From Macrostomum hystrix (lineage: Eukaryota > Animalia > Platyhelminthes), in contig CATNEN010000038.1 in assembly GCA_950097015.1 (NCBI GenBank), positions 62,001 through 126,000 on the forward strand: a stretch of 64,000 nucleotides of DNA, given 5' to 3'. The first letter of the stretch is position 1. Every line of letters starts with the position of its first letter. Under the pieces are notes generated by a model, which saw only the letters and a program-made list of their open reading frames with translations, did not search any database and was not told where the DNA came from. Below, piece after piece: positions 22,441 to 36,724 of this stretch. A program made the translations under genes and the position numbers.

Positions 22441-23319
22441 GGATAATTATAACAGGGTTGGGATAATTATAATCGAGTTGGGATTATTTTAATAGAGTTG
22501 GGATGAACATTATTGAGTTATGATTATTATAATCAAGTTGCGAATATTATTGAGATATATATATATATATATATTATTGAAATATTATCGAGTTGAGATA
22601 GTTATAATCTGGCCGGGATAATAATTATTCATTTCGGATCATTGTACTATAGTTGAGAAAATCTTGACTCCTGGTTGTGTTGTTTTTTTCGCTTTTTCTT
22701 GTTATGAAAGTCCTAAAATTAAAATTAATAATAAGCTTCATGTTAAGTACGCTGGAGTACATGTATATAGAAAACATTAACTGCGAAGTTTAAATGCCCT
22801 TTATAAAAACAAATTTTGCCTGACTTCCTACTCGATATATTAAACATTTTTTGTATGTTTGCACATGTACTCTTCATATTTATATTCATTTTGAGTCAAT
22901 AAAACTTGTAGCCTACTTTCAGTAGGATTATTTGAATAATTCAAACATTTTTAGTTGGTAGAAGATTTTCAAATCAAATGTTGGATATATGATTTAAAGC
23001 AATTAAATGTTTACACTGAAAGTACATATCAAAGAGTTAAAAATGCATTTCCACTTAACTGTGCCTCAAATGAAGCTCAATAGTGCCTGGGTCCTGCTAA
23101 TCTTGCCCAAGTTTGTCTTATTAAATCAATTTTTTTCACTTAGTGTTGCTGCAGAAACGATAGAGTCTGAGTAATCACACTAACTCCAATTCTGCACGAT
23201 CTCCCTATCCCAGTTCAGTTATAATCCATAATCCGTAAGCCATATTTCAGTTATTATCCGATCCTAGTTGATTCATGATTATATTTAAATCGATTCAATA
23301 CCACATCCCAGTTTGTTCT

Positions 23320-23995
23320 TGACCCAACTAAGTCATGGCTCATGACCCAACCAAGTCATGGCTCATGACCCAACTAGTTCATAGCTCATGACCCAACTAG
23401 TTCATGGCTCATGACCCAACTAGTTCATAGCTCATGACCCAACTAGTTCATGGCTCATGACCCAACTAGTTCATGGCTCATGACCCAACTAGTTCATGGC
23501 TCATGACCCAACTAGTTCATGGCTCATGACCCAACTAGTTCATGGCTCATGACCCAACTAGTTCATGGCTCATGACCCAACTAGTTCATGGCTCATGACC
23601 CAACTAGTTCATGGCTCATGACCCAACTAGTTCATGGCTCATGACCCAACTAGTTCATGGCTCATGACCCAACTAGTTCATGGCTCATGACCCAACTAGT
23701 TCATGGCTCATGACCCAACTAGTTCATGGCTCATGACCCAACTAGTTCATGGCTCATGACCCAACTAGTTCATAGCTCATGACCTAACTAGTTCATGGCT
23801 CATGACCCAACTAGTTCATGGCTCATGACCCAACTAGTTCATGGCTCATGACCTAACTAGTTCATAGCTCATGACCTAACTAGTTCATGGCTCATGACCC
23901 AACTAGTTCATGGCTCATGACCCAACTAAGTCATGGGTCATGACCCAACTAAGTCATGGGTCATGACCCAACTAAGTCATGGCTCATGACCCAAA
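23320..23995. repeat. Minisatellite, 23-bp unit (catgacccaactagttcatggct)
   Basis: About 29 tandem copies. Confidence 0.96.
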
Positions 23996-24564
23996 CACGG
24001 TTCAGTCATAGCTTATGACCAAAAATGTTCGAGTCAGGTCAGCTTGTGAAAATATTCGCTGTGGCCATATGCAAGCGCATTGTATAGCAGCTGAGCCAAT
24101 ACTGAATCCGGATGCCTCACTAACTGTACGTTTTTACCGAATGCTAGCTTTCTGTATGGTTAACATAATCAGATAAAAGTTAGTTATTTCGGGCCAATGA
24201 ACAACACTGAAAAAGCGGCCTTGTCGATGCAGTGCGCGCAGATCGCATAGGCCCCACACTGTCTATGGCCAGAAGTGTTCTCACCCGCTACTGTCTATTA
24301 GGCACTCTGGTGCTAGCAGCACTTCAGTCTGAGGAAAGAATTGTTTACATTTTGCTTCAAGTCAGTCCAAGCAGATCGAGTGCATTTTTAAGATCGGCTA
24401 AACCTAACAAAAGTGTGCACGAATTTACTAACTGATTCGCGATTATATAGCTTGACATCAAATGGACTGCTTTGGTAAGTGAAGTGATTACATACATTGT
24501 GAGGACATACACAATTTCCCTTCATGGGCTGAGATTGGAACTTGAAGACTCAGTAAAAAAGAAC

Positions 24565-24830
24565 TGTAGGAGGGCTGCGGGCAATGGCATGTGATATGGC
24601 CTGCAGTCAGCGAAGAGGCGCCCATTCCGCTGACTCCTGAGCACACTGCACTCACATAGGTGTGTACATCTGCCCTAAATTGGCCCTCAAGGGTATAAAT
24701 TGCTTGACAAGCCCCAAAGCCTTCTCTCCGCGGCAGCGCCCTAAATAAATGTGGCCTCGCTGCGGAATCGAGCTCAGGGACCTTGGTGCGAGAGGCAAAC
24801 GCGTTAGACCTGCTCTGCCACTGGACCCCT
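24565..24830 (-). mobile_element. tRNA-derived SINE family B copy retaining its 5' head
   Basis: Minus strand: ggggtccagTGGCAGAGCAGGtctaacgcgtttgcctctcgcaccaaggtccctGAGCTCGATTCC (A and B boxes), followed by the family B body with an internal deletion. Confidence 0.8.
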
Positions 24831-25707
24831 AGCTTCAAGTCCCCTTGTACAAGATACCGAGCTATGTGCTGGCACACGGGCTGCAGGTTAAAATCTACAT
24901 AATGAACCCAAATGAACAGATAAAACGTAATACACGTTTCCAAATTGAAACTGCGCAATTCTGCACTTTGTCCGTCATGCAGCACAACGGTACACCGTAC
25001 ATGCCCGTCTACGTTTTGCGTACAGTTAAACAGCAATGAAGCAATGTTTGCTACAGCTTGTAAGAATATAACATAAAATCACATATAAAATTATACAGTT
25101 GCTGTGACATTGTGCTTGCTCACTAAGCGACACTGCCAATTGCATCTGCCATATGATCTATAGCATTGGCCGTATCTGAGGCAGCATCGCATTTGTATAC
25201 ACTAGGCTATAGGCTAGCGTATGGTTGTGCGGCCTTTCTAATCAGTTTTCCAAAATTGCGCCATGATCAGCTTTTAGGCGCGGAAATTTCTTGGCGTAGA
25301 AGCTAAACGCCTTACCCCCGCCCAACCAGCAGCGTATCTTATCAGCTAAACTTTGAGCTGCAGCCTGAAATCATTGCTGTGTGCAGGCCGCACGACCACC
25401 CCAGCCTCCGCCGCCAACCCCACGCCTCGCAGCCCCCCTTCCCAAGCCGAAGGCGGCGCTCGTTAATTGGTTAGAGCAAGAGAATTCGCAAGATAAAGGA
25501 AAGTCAAGGCGTTTTAAATTGCGCGATGCTCTTACACCGCTAAATAAAATAGCTTGTGCAGTTGTGGCGTGGCGAAAAGCAGCAGCAGCAGCAGCAGCGA
25601 TCCAAGAATCAAACACTTTCCACGCCTGAACAGAGTAGAGTTATAGTAGTTTTAAGAATCTGGTCCTTCGCATCGGCGCCCACCCCGACAAACCGTCTGC
25701 AGCGTAC

Positions 25708-28700
25708 ATGGAGCAAATCAAGGCACAGAACAACCAGAATGCACAGATCTCCACATCCGCTGCGGCTGCGGCTGCTTCGGCTCTGAATGCCGCGGGACCC
25801 TCGGGCGGGTCCACCCAGTCCGCGAGTCCGACCTTTGCGGCCGCGACGGCGACCGCTTCAACAGCCGGTCCGTCCGAGGAGGCCATCAGGCAGCTGTGCG
25901 AGCGCACCGGCTTCGAGGTCGTCCAGGAGAACGGCCAGCGACGCTTCGGGCCGCCACCGAAATGGGAGGGGCCGCCGCCGAACCGCGGCTGCGAGGTGTT
26001 TGTCGGCAAGATACCGCGAGACTGCTTCGAGGACGAGCTCGTGCCGGTTTTTGAGTCAGTCGGGCCCATCTTCATGTTCCGCTTGATGATGGAGTTCTCA
26101 GGTGAGTTGTGAGCTGTTTTCTCGGCAATCTATCCGCAGAATGTAAAAATTCAACGATTTTTTAACAGAAGGAGTACACAGGACAATGCCCCTGATAATT
26201 GATTTTCTTGCGCCTGAAAGAAGCAACCAAAGGACCTGTACTAAGAGTAGAGGGACGGAAAACAAAGTTTCTTAGAATATAAATTAGAGAGGCTGCTTTT
26301 CACCGAAAATGCACTGCGGAAACTTTAACTTTTTTCTGCAAAAATTTTGTGACTGCGCTTGAATGAAGCAGGCTCGAAAGCTCATCTTCTGGTATCAGTT
26401 TCCTTATTATTAATAGCTTCATCGATTTTAAATTTTTTAAAATTTTCTTTATAAACCATACATGTGCCAGCAAATTCATTAGCCTTTGAACCATCAAAAC
26501 CTGGTTAAGAAAATAGTATAAATATCAACTTTCCATAAATAAAGCTGTGTAAAATTGGTTGGAGCAACATGTTAGATAACTTGTGAAAATACAATTGTCA
26601 AAATTACCCACTCCGTAATGTATTTTTAGGCAAAACCAGCCTCCTAAACGTTTTCTAAGAAACGTAAGTAGATAGTAAAGCCATTTGAAAACATCTCATT
26701 GTCATGCTGACTAGTTTCTCATCCTTATCAGCTGGGGCGCAGCACGATTGTTTATTTTTCTTATCTTTTCAATTTTCGGTCTCTAAATTCTGACAGGGGC
26801 TAATGAAATTGTTATCTTAATTGGCTACTCATTTGTGATGTCTCAATTCAGATTTAAACTGATTCGCAAGGTGCGAAAGTGGCTTATATTATAGAATCGT
26901 TATCTCACAGCAAACAAAAATTCGTCAATACACTAACATAAATGCACGAAGCCTTTTATTCTGTTATCTAAAAATGCCCCATCATGCTTCACCAGTTTTC
27001 ACCTGCTCATTACTTTTCTTATCAGTCAAATTGTTCCTCTGCCTTTTATCTCAGGCCTCTCCATCATCGTTCCTTTCTTCTCTCAAACTTTCTCTCCCTC
27101 CTTTCCATTCTCTCCCTTCTCTCTCTTTTCCTACTTTGTTCAATTTTTTCCAACAGCACACAAACAGAAGCCATTGAACATTATCCCATTCCACCAGCAC
27201 ACAAACAGAAGCCATTGAACATTATCCCATTCCACCAGCACACAAACAGAAGCCATTGAACATTATCCCATTCCACCAGCACACAAACAGAAGCCATTAA
27301 ACATTATCCCATTCCACCAGCACACAAACAGAAGCATTAAACATTATCCCATTCCACCAGCACACAAACAGAAGCCATTGAACATTATCCCATTCCACCA
27401 GCGCACAAACAGAAGCATTGAACATTATCCCATTCCACCAGCACACAAACAGAAGCCATTAAACATTATCCCATTCCACCAGCGCACAAACAGAAGCCAT
27501 TAAACATTATCCCATTCCACCAGCACACAAACAGAAGCCATTAAACATTATCCCATTCCACCAGCACACAAACAGAAGCCACTGAACATTATCCCATTCC
27601 ACCAGCACACAAACAGAAGCCATTAAACATTATCCCATTCCACCAGCACACAAACAGAAGCCACTGAACATTATCCCATTCCACCAGCACACAAACAGAA
27701 GCCATTAAACATTATCCCATTCCACCAGCACACAAACAGAAGCCATTAAACATTATCCCATTCCACCAGCACACAAACAGAAGCCACTGAACATTATCCC
27801 ATTCCACCAGCACACAAACAGAAGCCATTAAACATTATCCCATTCCACCAGCACACAAACAGAAGCCACTGAACATTATCCCATTCCACCAGCACACAAA
27901 CAGAAGCCATTAAACATTATCCCATTCCACCAGCACACAAACAGAAGCCATTGAACATTATCCCATTCCACCAGCACACAAACAGAAGCCATTAAACATT
28001 ATCCCATTCCACCAGCACACAAACAGAAGCCATTGAACATTATCCCATTCCACCAGCACACAAACAGAAGCCATTGAACATTATCCCATTCCACCAGCAC
28101 ACAAACAGAAGCCATTAAACATTATCCCATTCCACCAGCGCACAAACAGAAGCCATTGAACATTATCCCATTCCACCAGCACACAAACAGAAGCCATTGA
28201 ACATCATCCCATTCCACAAGCACACAAACAGAAGCCATTGAACATCATCCCATTCCACCAGCACACAAACAGAAGCCATTGAACATCATCCCATTCCACC
28301 AACACACAAACAGAAGCCATTGAACATCATCCCATTCCAACGCATGCTACTTCAGCCACCAACGAGGTGGCCAACACCAACCGCGGCTACGGCTTCTGTG
28401 TTTACACCAACCGGGAGGATACGAAGCGCGCGGTTCGCGCTCTGGACAACTACGAGATTCGCAAGGGCAAGCTGCTCGGCGTCTGCCTGAGCGTTGACAA
28501 CTGCCGCCTGTTTGTTGGCGGCATTCCGAAGAACAAAACCAAGCAAGACATCTTGGCCGAGATGCGACGTGTCACCGACGGCGTTGTCAACGTCATTGTG
28601 TACCCGTCCGCCACCAACAAGGACAAGAATCGCGGCTTCGCATTCGTTGAATACGAGCACCACAAGGCGGCCGCAATGGCCCGCAGGAAGCTGATCCCGG

Positions 28701-31700
28701 GCCGCATCCAGCTCTGGGACCAACAGATCGCTGTCGACTGGGCCGAGCCGGAGCGCGAAGTCGACGAGGACGTCATGGCCAAGGTTTGTCCTGTGCAACT
28801 TCGATCGCGTTTCTCATGTCTTCAAATTTCTTTCTTTCTCTTTTATTCACAATTTGCAGGTGAGAATTCTGTACGTGCGCAACCTCATGCTAGACACCAC
28901 TGAGGAACACCTGCGCGAGGTGTTCACCAACGCAGCCGGGGTTCCTGACTGCGTGGAGCGGGTCAAGAAGATACGCGACTATGCGTTTGTGCACTTCAAG
29001 GAGCGCGAGCAGGCCCTCGAGGCCATGGACCGACTCAACGGTGAGTAGATGATACGCGATTGTGAGCTCACTAACAATGGCCTAGAAATTTTATGGTCAG
29101 GTGAAAATCCTTTCCATTCGCCTGCAGAGACACAAATCGACGGGTCCCGCGTCGAAGTGTCGCTGGCGAAGCCGGCCGAGAAGACGGACTCAGGCAGCGG
29201 CGGGCCGGGCCGTCAGTCTCGACTTGTCAACGGCAGCGGCGGTGGCGTGAGTGGCGGTCTCATTGGCGGAGGCATCGTTGGCAACGGCATCCCAGCCAGA
29301 TCCATGACTGCCGGCGGCGGCATCGGCGTAGTAGGCGGCTTCAACATCATCGGCGGAGGCGGTGTCGGCGGCCTGCAGCAGCTGACTCTGCCGACCGTGC
29401 CACACTCGTCGACTGGCGGAGTCGGAGTCGGTGGAGGTGGCGGCGGCGGCCTCCCTCTGGCCTACAACCTGATTGGCGGGCAGCCAACCGGAGCCGGTCT
29501 GGAGCCTCTGGCGCTGGCGTACTGCTCCCAGCTTCTGGCCGCGGGCCACGCCGGCGCGACCACCGCCGCTATGTCACCCAGGTTAGCCATAGAGCACTCT
29601 CCTTTGTCCTTAGATGAGCACACTTCTCAGCGTTTGAAGTTTCGGAATATCATACCAACTGTTTGTGGGTTGAGTGGCGGAACGACAACACGCTCGACTA
29701 ATTGCAGCTAGCTTTCTGAGCTCGAATCATTAACTTGTCGTGCAAATTTCGCGACGGCTTTGAGGGCCAACCCTCAAGGCACAGTGAAAGTGTACTCTGC
29801 TTGAAGATGAAAAATTCAGGGCAGATGTACGTACACACTAGTTTGAGAGTGCCTGCGTGCAGTATCCGTGTGTGTGCTCAGTGGTCAGCGGAATGAGCAC
29901 AATTGCCTCACCGTTAGCTTTGGGTCGACTGTTAGTGCCCACAGCTCTCCCTCGAATATTTTTCAATTTTTAGAAGCGCTAAGTTACACTTTACGTTGCC
30001 TCCAACCCTGACAATCTGCAGGTTAATCGCAACCCAGCCGACACCGAACGGCATCTATTTGACTGGCGGTCCTGACAGTCCGAAGCTGCCCGCCTTCAGC
30101 TTCGGCGGCGGATTCAACAATGGCAGCGGCGTCAGCGGTGGCGGCAGTGGAGGTGCTCCAGCTGGTCGACGCATTTTAAGAAACGCAGCTGGCACTCGCT
30201 CTGCCGGAGCTCGTAACCATAGCAACAATAACACCGGAATGCAGCAGCAGTATCACAGTCATCAGCATCAGCAGCAGCAGCAGCAGCAGCAGCAGCTACA
30301 GCAGCAGCAGCATCAGATGCAGCAGCAGCAAAGAATTAAGCGTGGAAATGTTGATGCAAGTGACCTGCGTATTGGGTAATATGGTATCCAGTTAAAGTAC
30401 AATGCATGCAAATCATACCAGCATTCCACAGTGATCCCAGGATTCCACAGTGATCCCAGCATTCCACAGAGTCCCAGGATTCCACAATGATCCCAGGATT
30501 CCACAGTGATCCCAGGATTCCACAGTGATCCCAGGATTCCACAGTGATCCCAGGATTACACAGTGATCCCACGATTCCACAATGATCCCAGGATTCCACA
30601 GTGATCCCAGGATTCCACAGTGATCCCACGATTCCACAATGATCCCAGGATTCCACAATGATCCCAGGATTCGAAAATGATCCCAGGATTCCACAGTGAT
30701 CCCAGGATTCCACAATGATCCCAGCATTCCACAGAGTCCCAGGATTCCACAATGATCCCAGGATTCCACAGTGATCCCAGGATTCCACAATGATCCCAGG
30801 ATTCCACAGTGATCCCAGGATTCCACAGTGATCCCACGATTCCACAATGATCCCAGGATTCCACAATGATCCCAGGATTCGAAAATGATCCCAGGTTTCC
30901 ACAGTGATCCCACGATTCCACAATGATCCCACGATTCCACAATGATCCCAGGATTTCACAATGATCCCAGGATTCCACAATGATCCCAGGATTCCACAAT
31001 GATCCCAGGATTCCACAATGATCCCACGATTCCACAATGATCCCAGGATTCCACAATGACCCCACGATTCCACAATGATCCCAGGATTTCACAATGATTC
31101 CAGGATTTCACAGTGATCCTACGATTCCACAATGATCCCAGGATTCCACAATGAGATACAATTTCTTGAATTAAGCTCCCTGATTTAATAAATATTTTAG
31201 GTTTTTCTTGGACTGTCACATGATCCACCCTGATTTATTCTTTGAATCCAAGAAGCGAAGCGCCCACCTTTTGGAGTGTTTGGCTGACAGAAAACTCTTC
31301 TACCCCAGAAGGGTGCTCCAGAGGAGGTTTAAATTTTTCTCATATCAATGCTTGGATAGAAATCTGTGTTATCTCGACTGCTCAATCGTTCATTAAACTT
31401 TTCTGAGCAGTTCTGACCTCTGCTAAAAGAAATGGCAAGTTAAGGCAAAACCTGCTCGCAGAAGAACGGTAGCCAAGGCCTTATCCTGCAAAGTGAGTCC
31501 ATTCTCCAGTGGAGCGCTGACTGGCCTTCACTTGAACAAACATGCACGCAAAAGATACAACTCACACTCTTATCGTGCTCAAACTGTGTTCTCAAATGAA
31601 ATGTCGAACAGAAAAAAAGTCGAATCTGAATCTGGTTTCGCGCCAGGGTGGGAGGTCCATGACGCACTTTGACCCGCGGTCGCTGCAGTGCGATTCTCCA

Positions 31701-34700
31701 CTTTGCCTTATCTCCGAACATTGCTGCAACCTACGATGTAGAGGCTTTCTCACCGCCCACCTTCTCTCACCTTGCAGCTGCTGGACGAGCTGTGCGCCAG
31801 GAACGGCCTGGGCTCGCCCAGCTATCAGGTGCAGAGCCAGGAGCTGCTGGAGCCGGCCACCGGGGCGCAGAGCAGCTGGTTTCTGGGCAGGGTGAGTTGC
31901 GATATGAAAACCTGCGTCACTGAAATAACTGAATGCTGTCTGACCCGCGGTGACACTAGGCGCTGCTCTGAGACCCACACTCTACTCTGAGACACCACAC
32001 TCTACTCTGAGACACCGCACTCTACTCTGAGACACCACACTCTACTCTGAGACCTCACATTCTACTCTGAGACCCACACTCTACTCTGAGACCCACACTC
32101 TACTCTGAGACCCACACTCTACTCTGAGACCCCACACTCTACTCTGAGACACCACACTCTACTCTGAGACCTCACATTCTACTCTGAGACCCACACTCTA
32201 CTCTGAGACCCCACACTCTACTCTGAGACCTCACATTCTACTCTGAGACCCACACTCTACTCTGAGACCCCACACTCCACTCTGAGACACCGCACTCTAC
32301 TCTGAGACACCGCACTCTACTCTGAGACCCACACTCTACTCTGAGACACCACACTCTACTCTGAGACACCGAACTCTACTCTGAGACCCACACTCTACTC
32401 TGAGACCCACACTCTACTCTGAGACACAACACTCTACTCTGAGACCCCACACTCTACTCTGAGACCCCACACTCTACTCTGAGACCCACACTCTACTCTG
32501 AGACACAACACTCTACTCTGAGACCCACACTCTACTCTGAGACACCACACTCTACTCTGAGACCCCACACTCTACTCTGAGACACCGCACTCTACTCTGA
32601 GACACCACACTCTACTCTGAGACATCGCACTCTACTCCTCAGACCCAACTCTACCCTTTCAGCCCCCATTCTCTACTCTCAGACGAAATTTCGAAACTCG
32701 GAAGCATCTATTAAAAACATACTTGAACTATAATAGAATCAGTCATTGTGCCTAAACAGGCCCTAAGTCCCCAATCCTGTGTTCTTCAGCTAGCTCTACA
32801 CTTGACTTCAATTGTCCACCTACCACTGTATTTTTTGTTGGTATATGTCCGTATATGTACTGGGGGAAAATGTTCTATTGCTATGAAGCTATTTAGATTG
32901 CATTAGCTAGAAAGCTAAAATCTGCTTGTTTAAGCCTCCCCATCACTTAAGCAATTCTATCGCATTAGGGATAGGAAACAGAGGTAAAATGTCCTCTTGA
33001 ATTGATATTATGGGAAAGCTAGATATAGAAAAAAACTTTCGGAAAAACTGCGTTTTTGTAGCATTATTTGATAATTAAACTAAACTTTACAAAATAATGT
33101 TCAAAATACTACTCATGATAAGCTTCAGTAGATTCGAGCGAAAATGTCTGGAAACACTCGAATCGCTTCTTCTGCAGGTCACCCTGAGCGGCTCGCACGG
33201 CGGCGCCATTCCGCCCAGACAGTTCAGCGCCTTCCGCTTCACCCAGACTACGGATGAGGCCCGATCTGCGGCAGCCGAGGCCGCCCTGATGCAGCTCTAC
33301 CAGCTGCCTGCGGCTGGAGGCATCGGTAGCCTCGGCACCTTCGCCGGTCTGGGCGGCGGTTTGGCCGCCTTCCCGGCAGATCCGAGTCAAGCCGCTTTTC
33401 TGGCAGGTGAGTAGCTGAGACTGCTCAACAGTGACTTCCCATTCGAAAATCGATCAATTAGTATATCAAATATCATTGTGGTTCCCCAAAAAGGCAACAT
33501 TCTAAATCGATCGATATTTCAAATCAATCGATATTTCAGATCAATCGATATTTCAAATCACTCGATTTTTCAAATCAATCGATATTTCAAATCAATCGAT
33601 ATTTCAAATCAATCGATATTTCAAATCAATCGATATTTCAAATCAATTGATATTTCAAATCAATCGATATTTTAAATCAATCGATATTTTAAATCAATAG
33701 ACATTTCAAATCAATCAATACTTATATTCAACCAATCTGTGATCAATCACTCGATCAGAAGGAATAGGTCAGAATTCTAAGGCCACGCAAATACTTAAAA
33801 ATTAATTTCTGATCTGTCAAATCGATCCATCGAAATTTGCCTGGCTGCAGCCGGCCCACCTGCGGTCTCATCCGCGGCCTTTGACTGGGCCTCCGCCGCT
33901 TCCAGCTGCTCATCCACCTCCTCTTCATCGATGTCCTCGGCTGCGCAGTGCGAGTTCTTGCCCCTCACTCTGCAAGCTGTGCCCGCCTGTGATCAGCTGT
34001 GCATCACTGCGCGGCCAGTACTGCAGCAGCAGCAGCAGCAGCAAAGACTGCAGCAGCAATTTTGCTGTTGCAATAACCAGTTCTGCGATGCAGGTGTCTG
34101 AATCAGCGGAAAAGAAAAAATGAACATGTTCACTTTTTCCGATCGTTTATCGGTTTATTCAAGAAAATATTATTGTTTCTTGTTTCGCTTACCTTTTTGG
34201 CTTTTTTAGTTCAGTTTTGCTTTTAGTTTTACTCACTGGCAACTAATCATTCTGCTAGTTATTGAAATATTATTTCATTTTTTCTAAATTCCTTTGAAAC
34301 ATTTATTTTAAACTCACCTTCATCACGACGTGACGCATCTACTCATTCCTGACAACACTGACTTTTTCCTGAGATCAATAACTAATTTCTGAGAACACTG
34401 ACTCATTCCTGAGAACCCTGACTCATATCTGAGAACCCTGTCTCATTCCTGAGAACCCTGTCTCATTCCTGAGAACACAGAATCATTCCTGAGAACACAG
34501 AATCATTCCTGAGAACACAGAATCATTCCTGAGAACCCTGTCTCATTCCTGAGAACCCTGTCTCATTCCTGAGAACACAGAATCATTCCTGAGAACACAG
34601 AATCATTCCTGAGAACACAGAATCATTCCTGAGAACACAGAATCATTCCTGAGAACACAGAATCATTCCTGAGAACACAGAATCATTCCTGAGAACACAG

Positions 34701-35156
34701 AATCATTCCTGAGAACACAGAATCATTCCTGAGAACACAGAATCATTCCTGAAACCCTGTCTCATGCTCAAAAGAATGCCCCAATGCAAATCTAACAACC
34801 GAACACCCTGAAACCACCCCATACCTGTTTCAGCTGCTCAGTTCAACTCAGGTCTACAATTCGCAGCCGCTCCAAGCGCAATGATCCAGCATCAGCAGCA
34901 GCAGCAGCAGCATCACCATCAGCACGGAGCTGATACCCTGACGTCCTATCCAACTCTTGTGTACACCAGCGCAGCAGCAGCCGCAGTCGCTGCCTCAGTT
35001 GCCGGACAGCATCATCACCAGCAGCCGCCGCTTGTATCGGTTGCCAATCCAACAGTGAGGGGCGGCAGCAGCAGCAGCGGCGGCAGCGCCGGTGGCGGAG
35101 GCGGCAGCGGGGCTGTTCCAAGCGTGAGCGAAAGCTTCGCCATCTACCAGAACTGA
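25708..35156 (+). CDS. A1CF/RBM46/RBM47-family RNA-binding protein (3 RRMs + dsRBD-like domain, low-complexity G/Q tracts)
   Basis: Predicted exons 25708-26101, 28356-28783, 28860-29040, 29128-29581, 30022-30355, 31778-31891, 33178-33406, (33851-34093), 34834-35156. Family signatures: '[30 protein letters not shown]', '[14 protein letters not shown]', '[38 protein letters not shown]', 'LYVRNL', '[11 protein letters not shown]', dsRBD-like '[17 protein letters not shown]'. Confidence 0.9.
27155..28340. repeat. Minisatellite, 41-bp unit (ccattgaacattatcccattccaccagcacacaaacagaag)
   Basis: About 29 copies ending ~15 nt before the exon 2 acceptor. Confidence 0.96.
29759..29952 (+). mobile_element. 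SINE family B, 3' fragment
   Basis: tgagggccaaccctcaaggcacagtgaaagtgtac...cagatgtac...gtcagcggaatgagcacaattgcctc matches the family body. Confidence 0.7.
30415..31155. repeat. Minisatellite, 19-bp unit (gatcccaggattccacagt)
   Basis: About 38 copies; source of the spurious ESWDHCG ORFs. Confidence 0.96.
31965..32680. repeat. Minisatellite, 19-20-bp unit (cacactctactctgagacc)
   Basis: About 35 copies. Confidence 0.95.
33505..33720. repeat. Minisatellite, 17-bp unit (tcgatatttcaaatcaa)
   Basis: About 12 copies. Confidence 0.92.
34340..34765. repeat. Minisatellite, 20-bp unit (gagaacacagaatcattcct)
   Basis: About 20 copies. Confidence 0.93.
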
Positions 35157-36724
35157 TGGCGTGTGCTCAGCTTCTGATGAAGTGCTCCGGCCCCTGAAAA
35201 CGGTTTTTTTATCCAACTTTCTTTCTGCTTGTTCTTTTGCCTTTTATTTAAAGTACGTATTTTCGTTTTCTTCGAATTTATTTTTGTCTCATCAGCCAAG
35301 ACAGCCTCCGAGTTTAACTGGTGCTTTTGACTTGCGCTCAGATTCGTTGAATGCTTTGTGCTCTTGTGCTTGAAAGCAAATAACTTGCATAGATTGACAC
35401 ATTCGCACTGTCCTTAGTCACCTGGCAACTCACATCTCTCATCTCTAGGTGAGTTTTTATTATCTTTTTCCTGTGACCTCGTGTTTTACTTTATCTATGC
35501 TTATAGTTAGTGTCAGTCCTACATTGCAGTCTTTGTGCGTTTAAAATTATTTAAACATTTTCCCTGCATTCATTTAGCCTAACAAACCCTTAGCCGGCTT
35601 CCAGATATTTTGGCGTAACTGTGCTGAAAATTCCAGCAGTCACTTTGCAATGGTTGCTAGGGCGTGTTTGAAGACGCTGCTGACGAGGTGAACTTCTAAT
35701 TTTGTTTTCATTTGATTTGTGAAAATTCGATAATTTTCAGTTCCCGCAAAGGCTTACAATAGAGTGTGATTTTTCACTTATATAAGTACTTCCGGTTTGC
35801 TTTGATCACTATTTTCAATATTCCGCTATTTAAAATCGAAAGTAGAAACTTAAAATTGCATTACTCTATAGCACATCAATTGAAAAACGATGATTGAATG
35901 CGATCGACATCTATGCTTATGTAATGAACTTTTTATTTATTAGAATATACTCCATTTTATGCCACATTTTTATCCCGAAGTAGGAATCGAATTTTCTATT
36001 AGCTTCTAGAGCAATCAGATGCTACAGATGATATCACCTGCCCGTTGACTTGCGTAATTTCATTCTTCTAAATTGCTTTATTTTAATAGAATGCGTTGCC
36101 CCATTGTGGCATCGAGTGTTTGCTATTTCTTCCTTTTTGCTATTTCTTCTTTAAATTTTGCTATTAATTAATCTATACCGTGTTATTATTTTCATTTTAT
36201 TTTTATTTTCGTTCTATTGGTTTCGATGAACAAAAATTAGTTAATAAAATTTCATTTGCTCTATTGTTACTGTGCTTTAACAAATTTCACAATTTAGTTG
36301 AATTCCCCATATCGCTCAGACAAATGCCACTTATGAAGCACCTATTTTCATAATATTTTCCTACCAAAACTTTTTTCATTTTTTTTCCACGAACAATTCC
36401 GCATAATAACAAATGTTCAGCCAGCAAGCCAATTACTACCTGGGTTAGGATATTTATTACAGCGAGCTAATGCAAAGTAGGTGCGTGCCAAACTGCCCCG
36501 ATTTTTGTCCATTTTGTGCTACCTTCAAACTAATCCCAAATACCTTCAGGCTAAATATATGACACGAGATGCGCTTAATAGAAAAATTAGATGCTTGTTC
36601 TTAAAACTCCTGCCGCTTTTCTGGACTTTTATTAGCTGCGGAAAGTACACCGCGATGCGCAGGACTTACTTTAAGTGGAATAACTGGTTAATTAACAGAC
36701 GAACAGACCCCAATAGCACACGAC

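Noticed and set aside
30313-31228. Overlapping ESWDHCG-repeat ORFs (likewise 4251-4749, 9370-9804, 36767-37321, 38122-38424, 47429-48542)
   Set aside because: Translations of minisatellites in multiple frames with no independent coding evidence.
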